This document shows, piece by piece, positions 36,771 to 45,314 of a stretch of DNA of 50,093 nt. The position numbers and the translations under genes were made by a program. The notes under the pieces are model-generated. The model made no database searches. It worked only from the letters and a program-made list of their open reading frames with translations, and had not been told where the DNA came from. Source of the DNA: Anaerolineaceae bacterium (GTDB taxonomy: Bacteria > Chloroflexota > Anaerolineae > Anaerolineales > Anaerolineaceae); the NCBI GenBank assembly GCA_036567625.1, contig DATCUC010000264.1, positions 1 through 50,093 on the forward strand, written 5' to 3'. Within the stretch, counting starts at the first letter, position 1. The number at the start of each line of letters is the position of its first letter.

Positions 36771-37571
36771 ATGACAGACGTTTCCATCATTCGCACCCTG
36801 GCAGAACTGGAAGCGAACGGCCAGGCGGGCGTGCTGTGCACGATCATCGAAACCAGGGGTTCCACGCCGCGCCACCAGGGCAGCAAGATGCTGGTCTTTG
36901 CGGACGGCAGTTTTATCGGCACGGTTGGCGGCGGAGAGGTTGAAAACCGTGTACATCGCGAGGCAATGCAAGCCCTGCGCGATGGAAAATCGCGCGTGCT
37001 CCGGTATAATATGGTGGATCCCCAGAAGGGCGACCCCGGTGTGTGCGGCGGCACGTTGGAGGTTTATGTGGAACCGTATCTACCCCAACCATTGCTGGTC
37101 GTAATCGGCGGCGGGCACGTTGGCAAGGCCGTGGTTCACCTGGCGCACTGGCTGGGATTTCGCGTGGCAGTTGTTGATGACCGGGTGGAATTCTGCAATA
37201 AAGAAGCCAACCCGGATGCTGATCTGTTTTACCCGGTGACAATGGCTGAACTGCCGGAGCACCTGCAGATTACACCGTACACCTACCTGGTGCTTACTAC
37301 TCGCGGTTCCGCGGTAGATATCGACGGACTGCCTGCGCTGCTGAATACACCGGCAGCGTATATTGGAGTCATCGGGTCAAAACGGCGCTGGCTGACGACG
37401 CGCAATGCGCTGCGCGACAATGGAATTTCCGAAGAAGCGCTGGCGCGCGTGGTTTCCCCCATGGGATTAGAGTTAAATGCCGAAACCCCGGAAGAGATCG
37501 CGGTGAGTATCCTCTCTGAGATCATCATGCAGCGCAATGCCGGGTCTGGAAAACGCATGGACATCGATTAA
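36771..37571 (+). CDS. xdhC: XdhC/CoxI family molybdenum hydroxylase maturation protein
   Basis: 266 aa. 'GVLCTIIETRGSTPRHQGSKMLV...GTVGGGEVE' and the Rossmann-like 'LLVVIGGGHVGKA' match XdhC. Confidence 0.85.
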   Translation: MTDVSIIRTLAELEANGQAGVLCTIIETRGSTPRHQGSKMLVFADGSFIGTVGGGEVENRVHREAMQALRDGKSRVLRYNMVDPQKGDPGVCGGTLEVYVEPYLPQPLLVVIGGGHVGKAVVHLAHWLGFRVAVVDDRVEFCNKEANPDADLFYPVTMAELPEHLQITPYTYLVLTTRGSAVDIDGLPALLNTPAAYIGVIGSKRRWLTTRNALRDNGISEEALARVVSPMGLELNAETPEEIAVSILSEIIMQRNAGSGKRMDID

Positions 37572-37588
37572 TTTTTGGAGGCCAGAAT

Positions 37589-39004
37589 ATGTGGCAAGTT
37601 TGTATCAGCGCAACGAGCATTGAAGAAACCGTTCAGGCGCTGGCGGATACCGCGCAAGGCGCGCGGATTATCGCCGGCGGAACTGATCTGATCCTGGAGA
37701 TGGAACGCGGAACGCGCAAAGGCGTGCAAACCATTATCGATATCACCCGTGTCCCCGGCCTGGATCAGATTTGCATGGATGAAGATGGCGCGCTGCACCT
37801 CGGCCCCCTGGTGACGCACAATCACTGCGTGCAATCGCTGTTGGTGCGCGACCGTGCTTTTCCCCTGGCTAAAGCCGCCTGGGAAGTTGGTTCGCCGCAG
37901 ATCCGTAACCGCGGCACGGTGGCCGGCAACCTGATCACCGCATCACCGGCAAATGATACGATCCCGCCGCTGATGGCGCTGGGAGCGCTGCTGACGCTGC
38001 GCTCGGTACGGGGTGATCGCACGGTGCCGATCAGCGAGTTTTACACCGGTGTGCGGCGCACGGTGATGCTGCCGGATGAGATTCTGGTGGATATTTGTAT
38101 CCCCGGGGCAAAAATGCCCCGGCGGGGAACGTTTATCAAATTTGCGCTGCGCCGCGCGCAGGCAATCTCGGTGGTAAACACGGCGGTGGTGCTCACCCTG
38201 GATGGCGCAATGGTGCATTCTGCGGCTATCACTCTCGGCGCGGTTGCCCCGGTGATTATCCATGCCGAAGAAGCCGAAGCGTACCTTGCGGGGAAAACCC
38301 TGACTCCGGATGTGATTGACCAGGCAGCGGAACTGGCCGCCAAAGCCGCCCGGCCGATTGACGACGTGCGCGGCAGCGCGGTGTACCGCCGCGCGATGGT
38401 GCGTGTCATCGTCAAACGCGCCCTGGCCGCGCTGGCCGACGGCACAGAATGCGCCGGTTACCCGACCGAGCCAGTGCTGTTGTGGGGCGACGATTACAAC
38501 GAGCCATCCTACCTGCCAGGAATGCTGCGTCACACGGCGGCAGACCCCATTGTCACGCGGATTAACGGGAAAGAATACGTTTTTACCACCGGGCAGAATA
38601 AAACCCTGCTGCGGCTGCTGCGCGAAGAGGCCGGGCTGGTCGGCACCAAGGAAGGCTGCGCCGAAGGTGAATGCGGCGCTTGCACCGTCTTCCTCGACGG
38701 CGTGGCCGTGATGAGCTGCATGGTTCCCGCGCCGCGTGCGCATGGCGCGGATATCACCACGGTGGAAGGCTTGACCGTCAATGAACAACTTCACCCCGTT
38801 CAAGAAGCCTTCATCGAAGAAGGCGCGGTGCAGTGCGGCTACTGCACGCCGGGCTTCTTGATGTCCGCGGCCAAGCTGCTCGAAGAAAAGCCGCATCCCA
38901 CGAAAGAGGATATCCAGCAATCCCTGACCGGAAATTTATGCCGCTGCACCGGGTATTATAAGATCATCCAGGCAGTGGAACGCGCTGCGGAGAAAGGACA
39001 ATAA
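37589..39004 (+). CDS. Fused FAD-binding / [2Fe-2S] subunit of a second molybdenum hydroxylase
   Basis: The N-terminal CoxM-like FAD domain carries 'IIAGGTDL', 'NRGTVAGNL' and 'DDVRGSAVYRR'. The C-terminal ferredoxin module carries 'CAEGECGACTV', 'MSC', 'QCGYCTPG' and 'CRCTGY'. Confidence 0.85.
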   Translation: MWQVCISATSIEETVQALADTAQGARIIAGGTDLILEMERGTRKGVQTIIDITRVPGLDQICMDEDGALHLGPLVTHNHCVQSLLVRDRAFPLAKAAWEVGSPQIRNRGTVAGNLITASPANDTIPPLMALGALLTLRSVRGDRTVPISEFYTGVRRTVMLPDEILVDICIPGAKMPRRGTFIKFALRRAQAISVVNTAVVLTLDGAMVHSAAITLGAVAPVIIHAEEAEAYLAGKTLTPDVIDQAAELAAKAARPIDDVRGSAVYRRAMVRVIVKRALAALADGTECAGYPTEPVLLWGDDYNEPSYLPGMLRHTAADPIVTRINGKEYVFTTGQNKTLLRLLREEAGLVGTKEGCAEGECGACTVFLDGVAVMSCMVPAPRAHGADITTVEGLTVNEQLHPVQEAFIEEGAVQCGYCTPGFLMSAAKLLEEKPHPTKEDIQQSLTGNLCRCTGYYKIIQAVERAAEKGQ

Positions 39005-39007
39005 AGC

Positions 39008-39376
39008 ATGGGACGCCATTCTCAATATGATTTTCACGAGAAGAAGGTCGATCGCAACGAAATTCATCCCATCTGGCGCATGATCGGCTTTGCGATGATG
39101 CTGTTGATCCCTTTTCTTTCGTATATTGCCGCGATTGGGATTTTGCAGGAGAACGCCAAACAGCGCTGGTTTCCCATTCCGGCAGACTTGCTGGTTCCCT
39201 GGGGTTCCGACTCGATGTTGGGGATCAAGATCTTGCTGACGCTGGTCATCGCTTTTCTGCTGTACATGATTTTTATGTTGATTACTTTCATAATGAACCG
39301 CCTTTTCGCGCCCCCGCGCTATGGGCCAACCGATGTCCCGCAGGTGACGTACCGCGGAAAGAAACGCGTCCGGTAG
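39008..39376 (+). CDS. Small two-TM membrane protein of unknown function, embedded in the hydroxylase operon
   Basis: 122 aa. ATG lies 3 nt after the upstream stop. Two clear hydrophobic helices are present ('IGFAMMLLIPFLSYIAAIGIL', 'ILLTLVIAFLLYMIFMLITFIM'), with a basic C-terminus. No family was recognised. Confidence 0.5.
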   Translation: MGRHSQYDFHEKKVDRNEIHPIWRMIGFAMMLLIPFLSYIAAIGILQENAKQRWFPIPADLLVPWGSDSMLGIKILLTLVIAFLLYMIFMLITFIMNRLFAPPRYGPTDVPQVTYRGKKRVR

Positions 39377-39408
39377 ACGGTAGAGAACGCTTTTGGAGGT
39401 AGACAAGT

Positions 39409-41637
39409 ATGGCGTATGTTGGGGAAACGGTTCACCGGATTGACGCTGTTGGTAAAGTGACCGGAGAAGCAGCTTATCCTGGTGATGTGAACCTGCCGGG
39501 CCAGGCGTATATGAAAATCCTGTTTGCGCGCCGCCCGCACGCAATTGTGCGCAGCATTGACACTCGCGCCGCTGAAGCGATGGACGGCGTGCTGGCTGTA
39601 TTCACGGCCAAAGACGTGCCGGTCAATGAATACGGCCTGATTGCGCCCGATCAACCGGTGTTGTGCGGGCCGGGATCGGCCAAACCCTTTGCAGACCGGG
39701 TTCGCTTTGTGGGCGATCAGGTAGCGCTGGTGGTGGCCGAAACCGAAGAAATTGCCAGCCGGGCGCGGGATGCGATTGTTGTCGAGTACGAAGACTTGCC
39801 CCTGGTAGACGATCCGCTCGAAGCCGTGAATGACACCGTCTTACTGCATCCCGATCGCGGCTCTAACGTGTTTGTCAAATACCGCATCCGCAAAGGCGAC
39901 ACGGACGCTGCATTTCAACGCGCGGACGTGATCATCGAAGGCAGCTACCGCACTCCAGTTCAGGAACATGCCTTCTTGCAGCCGGAAGCGGGAGTGGGTT
40001 ATATCGACGAGGAAGGCCGGTTGACGGTAATCGTTGGCGGCCAGTGGGTGCACGAAGACCAGGAACAGATCGCGCATGCGCTGGACCTGCCCAAAGACCA
40101 GGTACGCGTGATCTACCCGGCGATTGGCGGGGCGTTTGGCGGTCGCGAGGATATGTCAGTTCAGATTGTGCTGGGGCTGGCTGCCTGGCGGCTGGCGCAG
40201 CGCGGCATCCACCGCCCGGTGAAGATAATCTGGAGCCGCGAGGAGTCGATGATCGGGCATCACAAGCGCCACGCGTTCTATATTAATACGCGCTGGGGCG
40301 CCACCCGTGATGGCCGGGTGATCGCAGTTGAAGCCGATGTAACCTCCGATGGCGGCGCGTATATTTATACATCCGGTAAAGTTCTCGGCAATGCCACGCT
40401 GCTGGTCACCGGCGCGTACGAGATTGAAAACGTCAAGGTCGACACGCGCTCAGTGTATACCAATCACATTCCCGGCGGCGCTTTCCGCGGGTTTGGCGGG
40501 CCGCAGGCGGCCTTTGCCGCGGAAATGCAGATGAATAAGCTGGCTGAGGCGCTGCACATCGACCCGGTTGAACTGCGGTCACGCAATATCTTCCGCGAGG
40601 GCTCGCTCCTCTCAGTCAACACGCCGCTGCCTGCGGGCGTGAGCATGCCCGAAGTGCTGGAAAAGACCGCCGAAGTTGGCGGCTGGCAGCGCACGCCGGA
40701 TGGCTGGCAGCACCCCAGGGTCAAGCGCGCAGCTGATAGCCCGGCGCACATCCGCCGCGGCAAAGGTGTGGCTATTGGGTTCAAAAATGTGGGCTTCTCC
40801 TTTGGCGCGCCGGAGCACTGCTGGGCGACTGTGGAACTCCACGGCGGAGCCAGGATCGAGCGAGCCGTTCTGCGCCACGCCGGCGCGGAAGTTGGACAGG
40901 GCTCGCATACCGCTTTTGTGCAAATGGCCGCTGAAGCGCTGCAACTGCCTATAGAGCGCATCCAACTGATTGCACAGGATACTGCCTACACCGACAATTC
41001 CGGCAGTGTCTCCGCCTCACGCATGACCTTCATGGCCGGAAACGCCATTCGCGGCGCGGCGCAGGCCGCCCTGGAAAAATGGAACGCCGAAGAGCGTCCA
41101 GCGGTCGCGGCGTACATGTATCGCCCGCCCGCCACCACGGCTCTTGACCCGCAAACTGGCAAGAGCGAGCCAAACTTTGCCTATGGGTACGTGGGGGAAG
41201 TGGCTGAGGTGGAAGTAGACACCGAAACCGGCCAGGTGCGGCTGTTGAACGTGCACTGCGTTGATGACGTGGGCAAGGCAATCAACCCGCAGCAAGTGCA
41301 GGGCCAGGTGGAAGGCGCAGTCGTGCAGGCCGCCGGTTATACTTTGATGGAAGACTTCATCGAAAAAGGTGGGCGCGTGCTGACCCCCTATCTGTCCAAT
41401 TATCTGATCCCCACCGTGCTCGACATCCCCGACAACGTGCAATCGCATTTGCTCGAATATGCCGACCCAATCGGTCCGTGGGGCGCGCGCGGCATGGGCG
41501 AAATGCCCTACCTGCCGCTGGCCGCGGCAATTGCATCCGCAGTGCACGATGCCACCGGCGTATGGATGGATGAATTCCCGCTGACCTCTGAGCGCATGTT
41601 CGCCGCGCTGCAAGCCCAAGCGCAGGATCAACGCTAA
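39409..41637 (+). CDS. Molybdopterin-binding large subunit, xanthine dehydrogenase/aldehyde oxidase family
   Basis: 742 aa with GGAGG upstream. Blocks are 'GKVTGEAAYPGD', 'IGGAFGGRED' and 'GGAFRGFGGPQ', plus the C-terminal catalytic-Glu block 'ARGMGEMPY'. Confidence 0.9.
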   Translation: MAYVGETVHRIDAVGKVTGEAAYPGDVNLPGQAYMKILFARRPHAIVRSIDTRAAEAMDGVLAVFTAKDVPVNEYGLIAPDQPVLCGPGSAKPFADRVRFVGDQVALVVAETEEIASRARDAIVVEYEDLPLVDDPLEAVNDTVLLHPDRGSNVFVKYRIRKGDTDAAFQRADVIIEGSYRTPVQEHAFLQPEAGVGYIDEEGRLTVIVGGQWVHEDQEQIAHALDLPKDQVRVIYPAIGGAFGGREDMSVQIVLGLAAWRLAQRGIHRPVKIIWSREESMIGHHKRHAFYINTRWGATRDGRVIAVEADVTSDGGAYIYTSGKVLGNATLLVTGAYEIENVKVDTRSVYTNHIPGGAFRGFGGPQAAFAAEMQMNKLAEALHIDPVELRSRNIFREGSLLSVNTPLPAGVSMPEVLEKTAEVGGWQRTPDGWQHPRVKRAADSPAHIRRGKGVAIGFKNVGFSFGAPEHCWATVELHGGARIERAVLRHAGAEVGQGSHTAFVQMAAEALQLPIERIQLIAQDTAYTDNSGSVSASRMTFMAGNAIRGAAQAALEKWNAEERPAVAAYMYRPPATTALDPQTGKSEPNFAYGYVGEVAEVEVDTETGQVRLLNVHCVDDVGKAINPQQVQGQVEGAVVQAAGYTLMEDFIEKGGRVLTPYLSNYLIPTVLDIPDNVQSHLLEYADPIGPWGARGMGEMPYLPLAAAIASAVHDATGVWMDEFPLTSERMFAALQAQAQDQR

Positions 41638-41682
41638 GGATCACTTGCGCGGCCAGCCCTTTCGCCGCGATCGATAAGGAAC

Positions 41683-42498
41683 ATGATGGCTCTCCTGGCT
41701 CTTCTACGCGGTGGTGGTGATCTGGCAAGCGGTGTGGCGCTGCGCCTGGCGCGCGCCGGGATCCAGGTCATTGTTGCTGAACTCCCCCGGCCGCTGGCCG
41801 TGCGCCGCCTGGCATCTTTTGCGCAGGCTATTTACGACGGCCAGATCGAAATCGAAGGCATCACCGGACGGCGAGTGGAAGGCCTGGATGGAGTCGGCGC
41901 TGCCCTGGCGCGGGGTCAAGTTCCGGTACTGGTAGACCCAGATGCGGATATTGCGGCTGCACTGCAGTTGGATGTGCTGGTAGATGCGCGCATGACCAAG
42001 CGCCCACCGCAGCCACAGCTTCACCTGGCGCGGTTCGTTGTCGGACTGGGGCCGGGATTTACCGCCGGGGTCGATTGTCACGCAGTGGTGGAAACGCAGC
42101 GCGGGCCGTTTCTCGGGCGGGTGTACTGGCAGGGCAGCGCAGCGGCAGATACCGGCCTGCCGGAAACCGTGCGCGGCCATCAGGGTGACCGCGTGCTGCG
42201 CGCGCCTGTGGCCGGGATGCTGGAGACCCGGGTGATGATTGGCTCGCGGGTGCAGGCCGGTCAGCCGCTGGCGGCGGTCGATGGGCATGTTCTTTCCGCG
42301 CCATTTGACGGCGTGCTGCGCGGGCTGTTACAAAATGGATTGGCAGTCAAACAGGGCGAAAAAATCGGCGACCTGGACCCGCGGGGTGATGAACGTCTGG
42401 TGCGGTTGGCCTCGGATAAGGCCCTGGCCATAGGTGGCGGCGTGCTGGAGGCCGTGCTTTCCCGCCCGGAACTGCGCGCAAAACTGGGAGAGGCGTGA
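41683..42498 (+). CDS. yqeB: YqeB/EF2563-family selenium-dependent molybdenum hydroxylase system protein
   Basis: 271 aa. The N-terminal block 'LLRGGGDLASGVALRLARAGIQVIVAELPRPLAVRR', the following 'VEG' element and the length fit the short YqeB family as I recall it. Its position next to yqeC and mocA matches E. coli. Confidence 0.7.
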   Translation: MMALLALLRGGGDLASGVALRLARAGIQVIVAELPRPLAVRRLASFAQAIYDGQIEIEGITGRRVEGLDGVGAALARGQVPVLVDPDADIAAALQLDVLVDARMTKRPPQPQLHLARFVVGLGPGFTAGVDCHAVVETQRGPFLGRVYWQGSAAADTGLPETVRGHQGDRVLRAPVAGMLETRVMIGSRVQAGQPLAAVDGHVLSAPFDGVLRGLLQNGLAVKQGEKIGDLDPRGDERLVRLASDKALAIGGGVLEAVLSRPELRAKLGEA

Positions 42499-43820
42499 AT
42501 CTGCGAAGCGCGCTGCGCCTGGGCGATGCGCCGCGCCTGGCGCTGACGGGCGCCGGAGGAAAAACCACCGCGCTGTTTCAATTGGCGAGGCAGTTCACCG
42601 GGCCGGTACTGCTGGCTGCCAGCACGCATCTATCGGTGGAACAGGCGCGTCAGGCCGACCGCCATTGGATGGTGGCCGACGCGGGCGAAATCCGCCGCCG
42701 GGAAACCGAACTGCTGCAGCCGGGCAGCACGCTGATCACCGGGCCGGTTGGCGCGGATGAGCGCCATTATGGGGCCAGCCCGGAAGCGCTGGATGCGCTG
42801 TATGCCGCGGCCGAGCGCTACCACCTGCCGCTGATCATCGAGGCAGACGGCTCGCGCCGCCGCCCGGTCAAAGCGCCGGCCGAACACGAGCCGCTTATCC
42901 CGGCCTGGGTTGATATGGTGGCGGTGGTCGCCGGCCTGTCTGCCCTGGGCCAGCCGCTGAATGAGACCTGGGTACACCGCCCAGAGCGTTTTTCCGCGCT
43001 GAGTGAGATAGACGCCGGAAACCCGATCATGGTAGATGGATTGGCGCGGGTGTTGAGCCATGCGCAAGGCGGGTTGAAGGATATTCCTACCAGCGCTCGA
43101 CGCATAGCACTGCTCAACCAGGTGGATACCCCTGCGCTGGAAACTGCCGCGGGTGAACTGGCGGGGTTGCTGCGCGGCGCGTACCATGCGGTCTTATGCG
43201 CCGCGCTGGGTCGTGAAAGCGTTCAGGCCGTTTATGAGCGCGAAGCTGGGGTCGTGCTGGCTGCCGGTCAATCCGCGCGGTTTGGCGCGCCCAAAGTACT
43301 GCTAGAATGGCAGGGCGTTCCGCTGGTACGACGCGCAGCCGAGGTTGCGATCGAGGCCGGCCTGGACCCGGTCATCGTGGTTGTTGGTGAACACGCGGAC
43401 GCAATTCGCGCGGCGCTAGAGGAACTGGCCGTGGATATCGTATCCAACCCGGCCTGGGTTGAAGGCCAGAGTACCTCGTTGCGCGCCGGGCTGAGTGCAG
43501 CCGCAGGCGCGGGCTGCGCAGTTTTTCTGCTGGCCGACCAACCCTACCTGACCGCGGAAACCCTGCTCGCGCTGCTGAGCGCACACCGCGGCAGCCTGGC
43601 CCCGGTGGTTGCTCCGCGAGTTGGCGGGCAGCGCGCTAACCCGGTACTGTTTGATCGAGTCACCTTTGCTGACCTGGGGAGCATTACCGGCGACCGCGGC
43701 GGCCGCGCGGTGATAGAACACTGGCCGGTGCGGTTTGTTGACATGCAGGACGAGCGCTTGCTGGTAGATATTGACACCCCGGAAGATTACCGCCGCCTGT
43801 TGGAAGAGGGATCGCAGTGA
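42495..43820 (+). CDS. Fusion of a YqeC-family accessory protein (N-terminal) with a MocA/MobA-like nucleotidyltransferase (C-terminal)
   Basis: 441 aa, with the GTG start overlapping the yqeB stop (GTGA). The P-loop-like 'LALTGAGGKTTALFQLA' and 'LIIEADGS' mark the YqeC family. From about residue 250, 'GVVLAAGQSARFGAPKVLL', 'LLADQP' and 'DIDTPEDY' mark the MobA-like NTP-transferase fold. Confidence 0.7.
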   Translation: MNLRSALRLGDAPRLALTGAGGKTTALFQLARQFTGPVLLAASTHLSVEQARQADRHWMVADAGEIRRRETELLQPGSTLITGPVGADERHYGASPEALDALYAAAERYHLPLIIEADGSRRRPVKAPAEHEPLIPAWVDMVAVVAGLSALGQPLNETWVHRPERFSALSEIDAGNPIMVDGLARVLSHAQGGLKDIPTSARRIALLNQVDTPALETAAGELAGLLRGAYHAVLCAALGRESVQAVYEREAGVVLAAGQSARFGAPKVLLEWQGVPLVRRAAEVAIEAGLDPVIVVVGEHADAIRAALEELAVDIVSNPAWVEGQSTSLRAGLSAAAGAGCAVFLLADQPYLTAETLLALLSAHRGSLAPVVAPRVGGQRANPVLFDRVTFADLGSITGDRGGRAVIEHWPVRFVDMQDERLLVDIDTPEDYRRLLEEGSQ

Positions 43821-44437
43821 ACCCGGCAGCTCAGTTCCCGCATACTGGCGCGGTGATCCTCGCCGCCGGACAGTCACGGCGCATGGGTACGCCCAAGCTG
43901 GTGCTGCCCTGGGGCAGCGAAACAGTGGTTGGCCGGGTCGTCAGCGTTTTGCAGGCGGCGGGTATCGGTCAGATCGTTGTGGTCACCGGGGCCAACCGCG
44001 TTCAGGTCGAGAGCGCTTTGCAAAGCAAAGCGCTGACCCTGGTGCATAACCCGCAGTACACGCAAAGCGAAATGCTGGCCTCGCTGCAAATTGGGCTGCG
44101 CGCGCTGGATGCAGATATCAACGGCAGCCTGGTGGTTCTGGGCGACCAGCCGCAGATCGAAGCGCCAATTGTGGAAGAGATCGCTCGCCGGGCCGGGGAA
44201 CGCCTGGATGCGCTGATCGTGCCCAGTTATCAAAACCGGCGCGGCCATCCCTGGCTGGCTGGACGGGCATTATGGGAGGGCATCTTTGCGCTGAACGATC
44301 CCCCGCAAACGCTGCGTGATTTCTTGCGTGACCATGCCCGGCAGATTGAATACGTCAACGTGGACAGCCCATCTGTGCTGGCGGATGTAGACACCCCGGA
44401 GGATTATCACCGCCAGCGCCCGCAAAACGGCGCTTAG
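43817..44437 (+). CDS. mocA: Molybdenum cofactor cytidylyltransferase-like protein (MocA/MobA-like NTP transferase)
   Basis: 206 aa with a GTGA overlap with the upstream gene. Blocks are 'GAVILAAGQSRRMGTPKLVLPW', 'VLGDQP', 'RRGHP' and 'DVDTPEDY'. Confidence 0.75.
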   Translation: MNPAAQFPHTGAVILAAGQSRRMGTPKLVLPWGSETVVGRVVSVLQAAGIGQIVVVTGANRVQVESALQSKALTLVHNPQYTQSEMLASLQIGLRALDADINGSLVVLGDQPQIEAPIVEEIARRAGERLDALIVPSYQNRRGHPWLAGRALWEGIFALNDPPQTLRDFLRDHARQIEYVNVDSPSVLADVDTPEDYHRQRPQNGA

Positions 44438-45198
44438 CTCTGGAATTTGTCCTTCCAGGCGGCAAAAACCACCCGGGGTAGGGCGGTTCCCGCGGCAGCC
44501 GACAAATAGTACCGCGCATATACCGTCAGCGGGGTGGGGTTGGGGTTAATCTCCACCAGTTCACCGTGCGCGCGCACGGCCTCATATGGCAGCGAAGCCG
44601 CCGGCTCTACCACCCCCGAGGTACCAATGGAAAAGAATAAGTCGCAGTCGCGACTGACCTGCAGCGCGTCTTGCAGAGCACGCGTGGGCAGCAATTCCCC
44701 AAACCAGACCACATCCGGGCGCAGCAGTTCACCGCAATCCGGGCAGACCGGCAGCGTGGTGGGGTCATCTTGCCAGTTATCAAACACTGCCCCGTCGCGC
44801 GTACAGCGCGCGCGGTAGATATTACCGTGCAGCTCGATTACGTTGCGGTTGCCAGCGCGCTGGTGCAGCCCATCGATATTTTGCGTGATCAGCGTCAAAT
44901 GGGGCACGTTGATTTCCATTTCCGCCAATGCAACATGCCCCGGGTTGGGCGCAGCAGCGCGGATGAGGCCCATGCGCCAGCGATACCAATCCCACACCAG
45001 ACGAGGGTCTTTTTGGAAGGCTTCAGGGGTGGCCAGGTCCTGCGGGCTGTAGCGCGCCCATAAACCGGTCTGCGAATCGCGGAAGGTGGGGATGCCGCTT
45101 TCCGCGGAAATGCCCGCCCCGGTCAGCACTACCACGCGCTGAGCGCTGCGCAGCTTTTCCACTAACCGGTCAGGGATTTGAATAGAATTTTGTGCCAT
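44434..45198 (-). CDS. cobB: NAD-dependent protein deacylase (Sir2/CobB family)
   Basis: Blocks are 'VLTGAGISAESGIPTFRD', 'ITQNIDGLH', 'HGN', the zinc ribbon 'CPDCGELLRPDVVWFGE' and 'GTSGVV'. I set the start at 'MAQNS'. The alternative upstream ATG at 45243 lacks an RBS. Confidence 0.85.
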   Translation of the reverse strand: MAQNSIQIPDRLVEKLRSAQRVVVLTGAGISAESGIPTFRDSQTGLWARYSPQDLATPEAFQKDPRLVWDWYRWRMGLIRAAAPNPGHVALAEMEINVPHLTLITQNIDGLHQRAGNRNVIELHGNIYRARCTRDGAVFDNWQDDPTTLPVCPDCGELLRPDVVWFGELLPTRALQDALQVSRDCDLFFSIGTSGVVEPAASLPYEAVRAHGELVEINPNPTPLTVYARYYLSAAAGTALPRVVFAAWKDKFQS

Positions 45199-45314
45199 GC
45201 GGTTTCCGGAAGCGCCTGTACCAGGCGGGAGTTTTGATTCCATTGTAGCAGAGGCGCGAAAATTGTAGAGTATAATCCGAGCAGCAAGTATTTCTCCCCT
45301 CAGGCAAGGTCAGC

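Noticed and set aside
31569-41637. Selenocysteine (in-frame TGA) in the hydroxylase subunits
   Set aside because: All subunit ORFs are continuous. There are no adjacent same-frame ORF fragments split by TGA, and no hairpin suggestive of a SECIS element was noticed. The selenium link, if any, would be the labile-cofactor type, not Sec.
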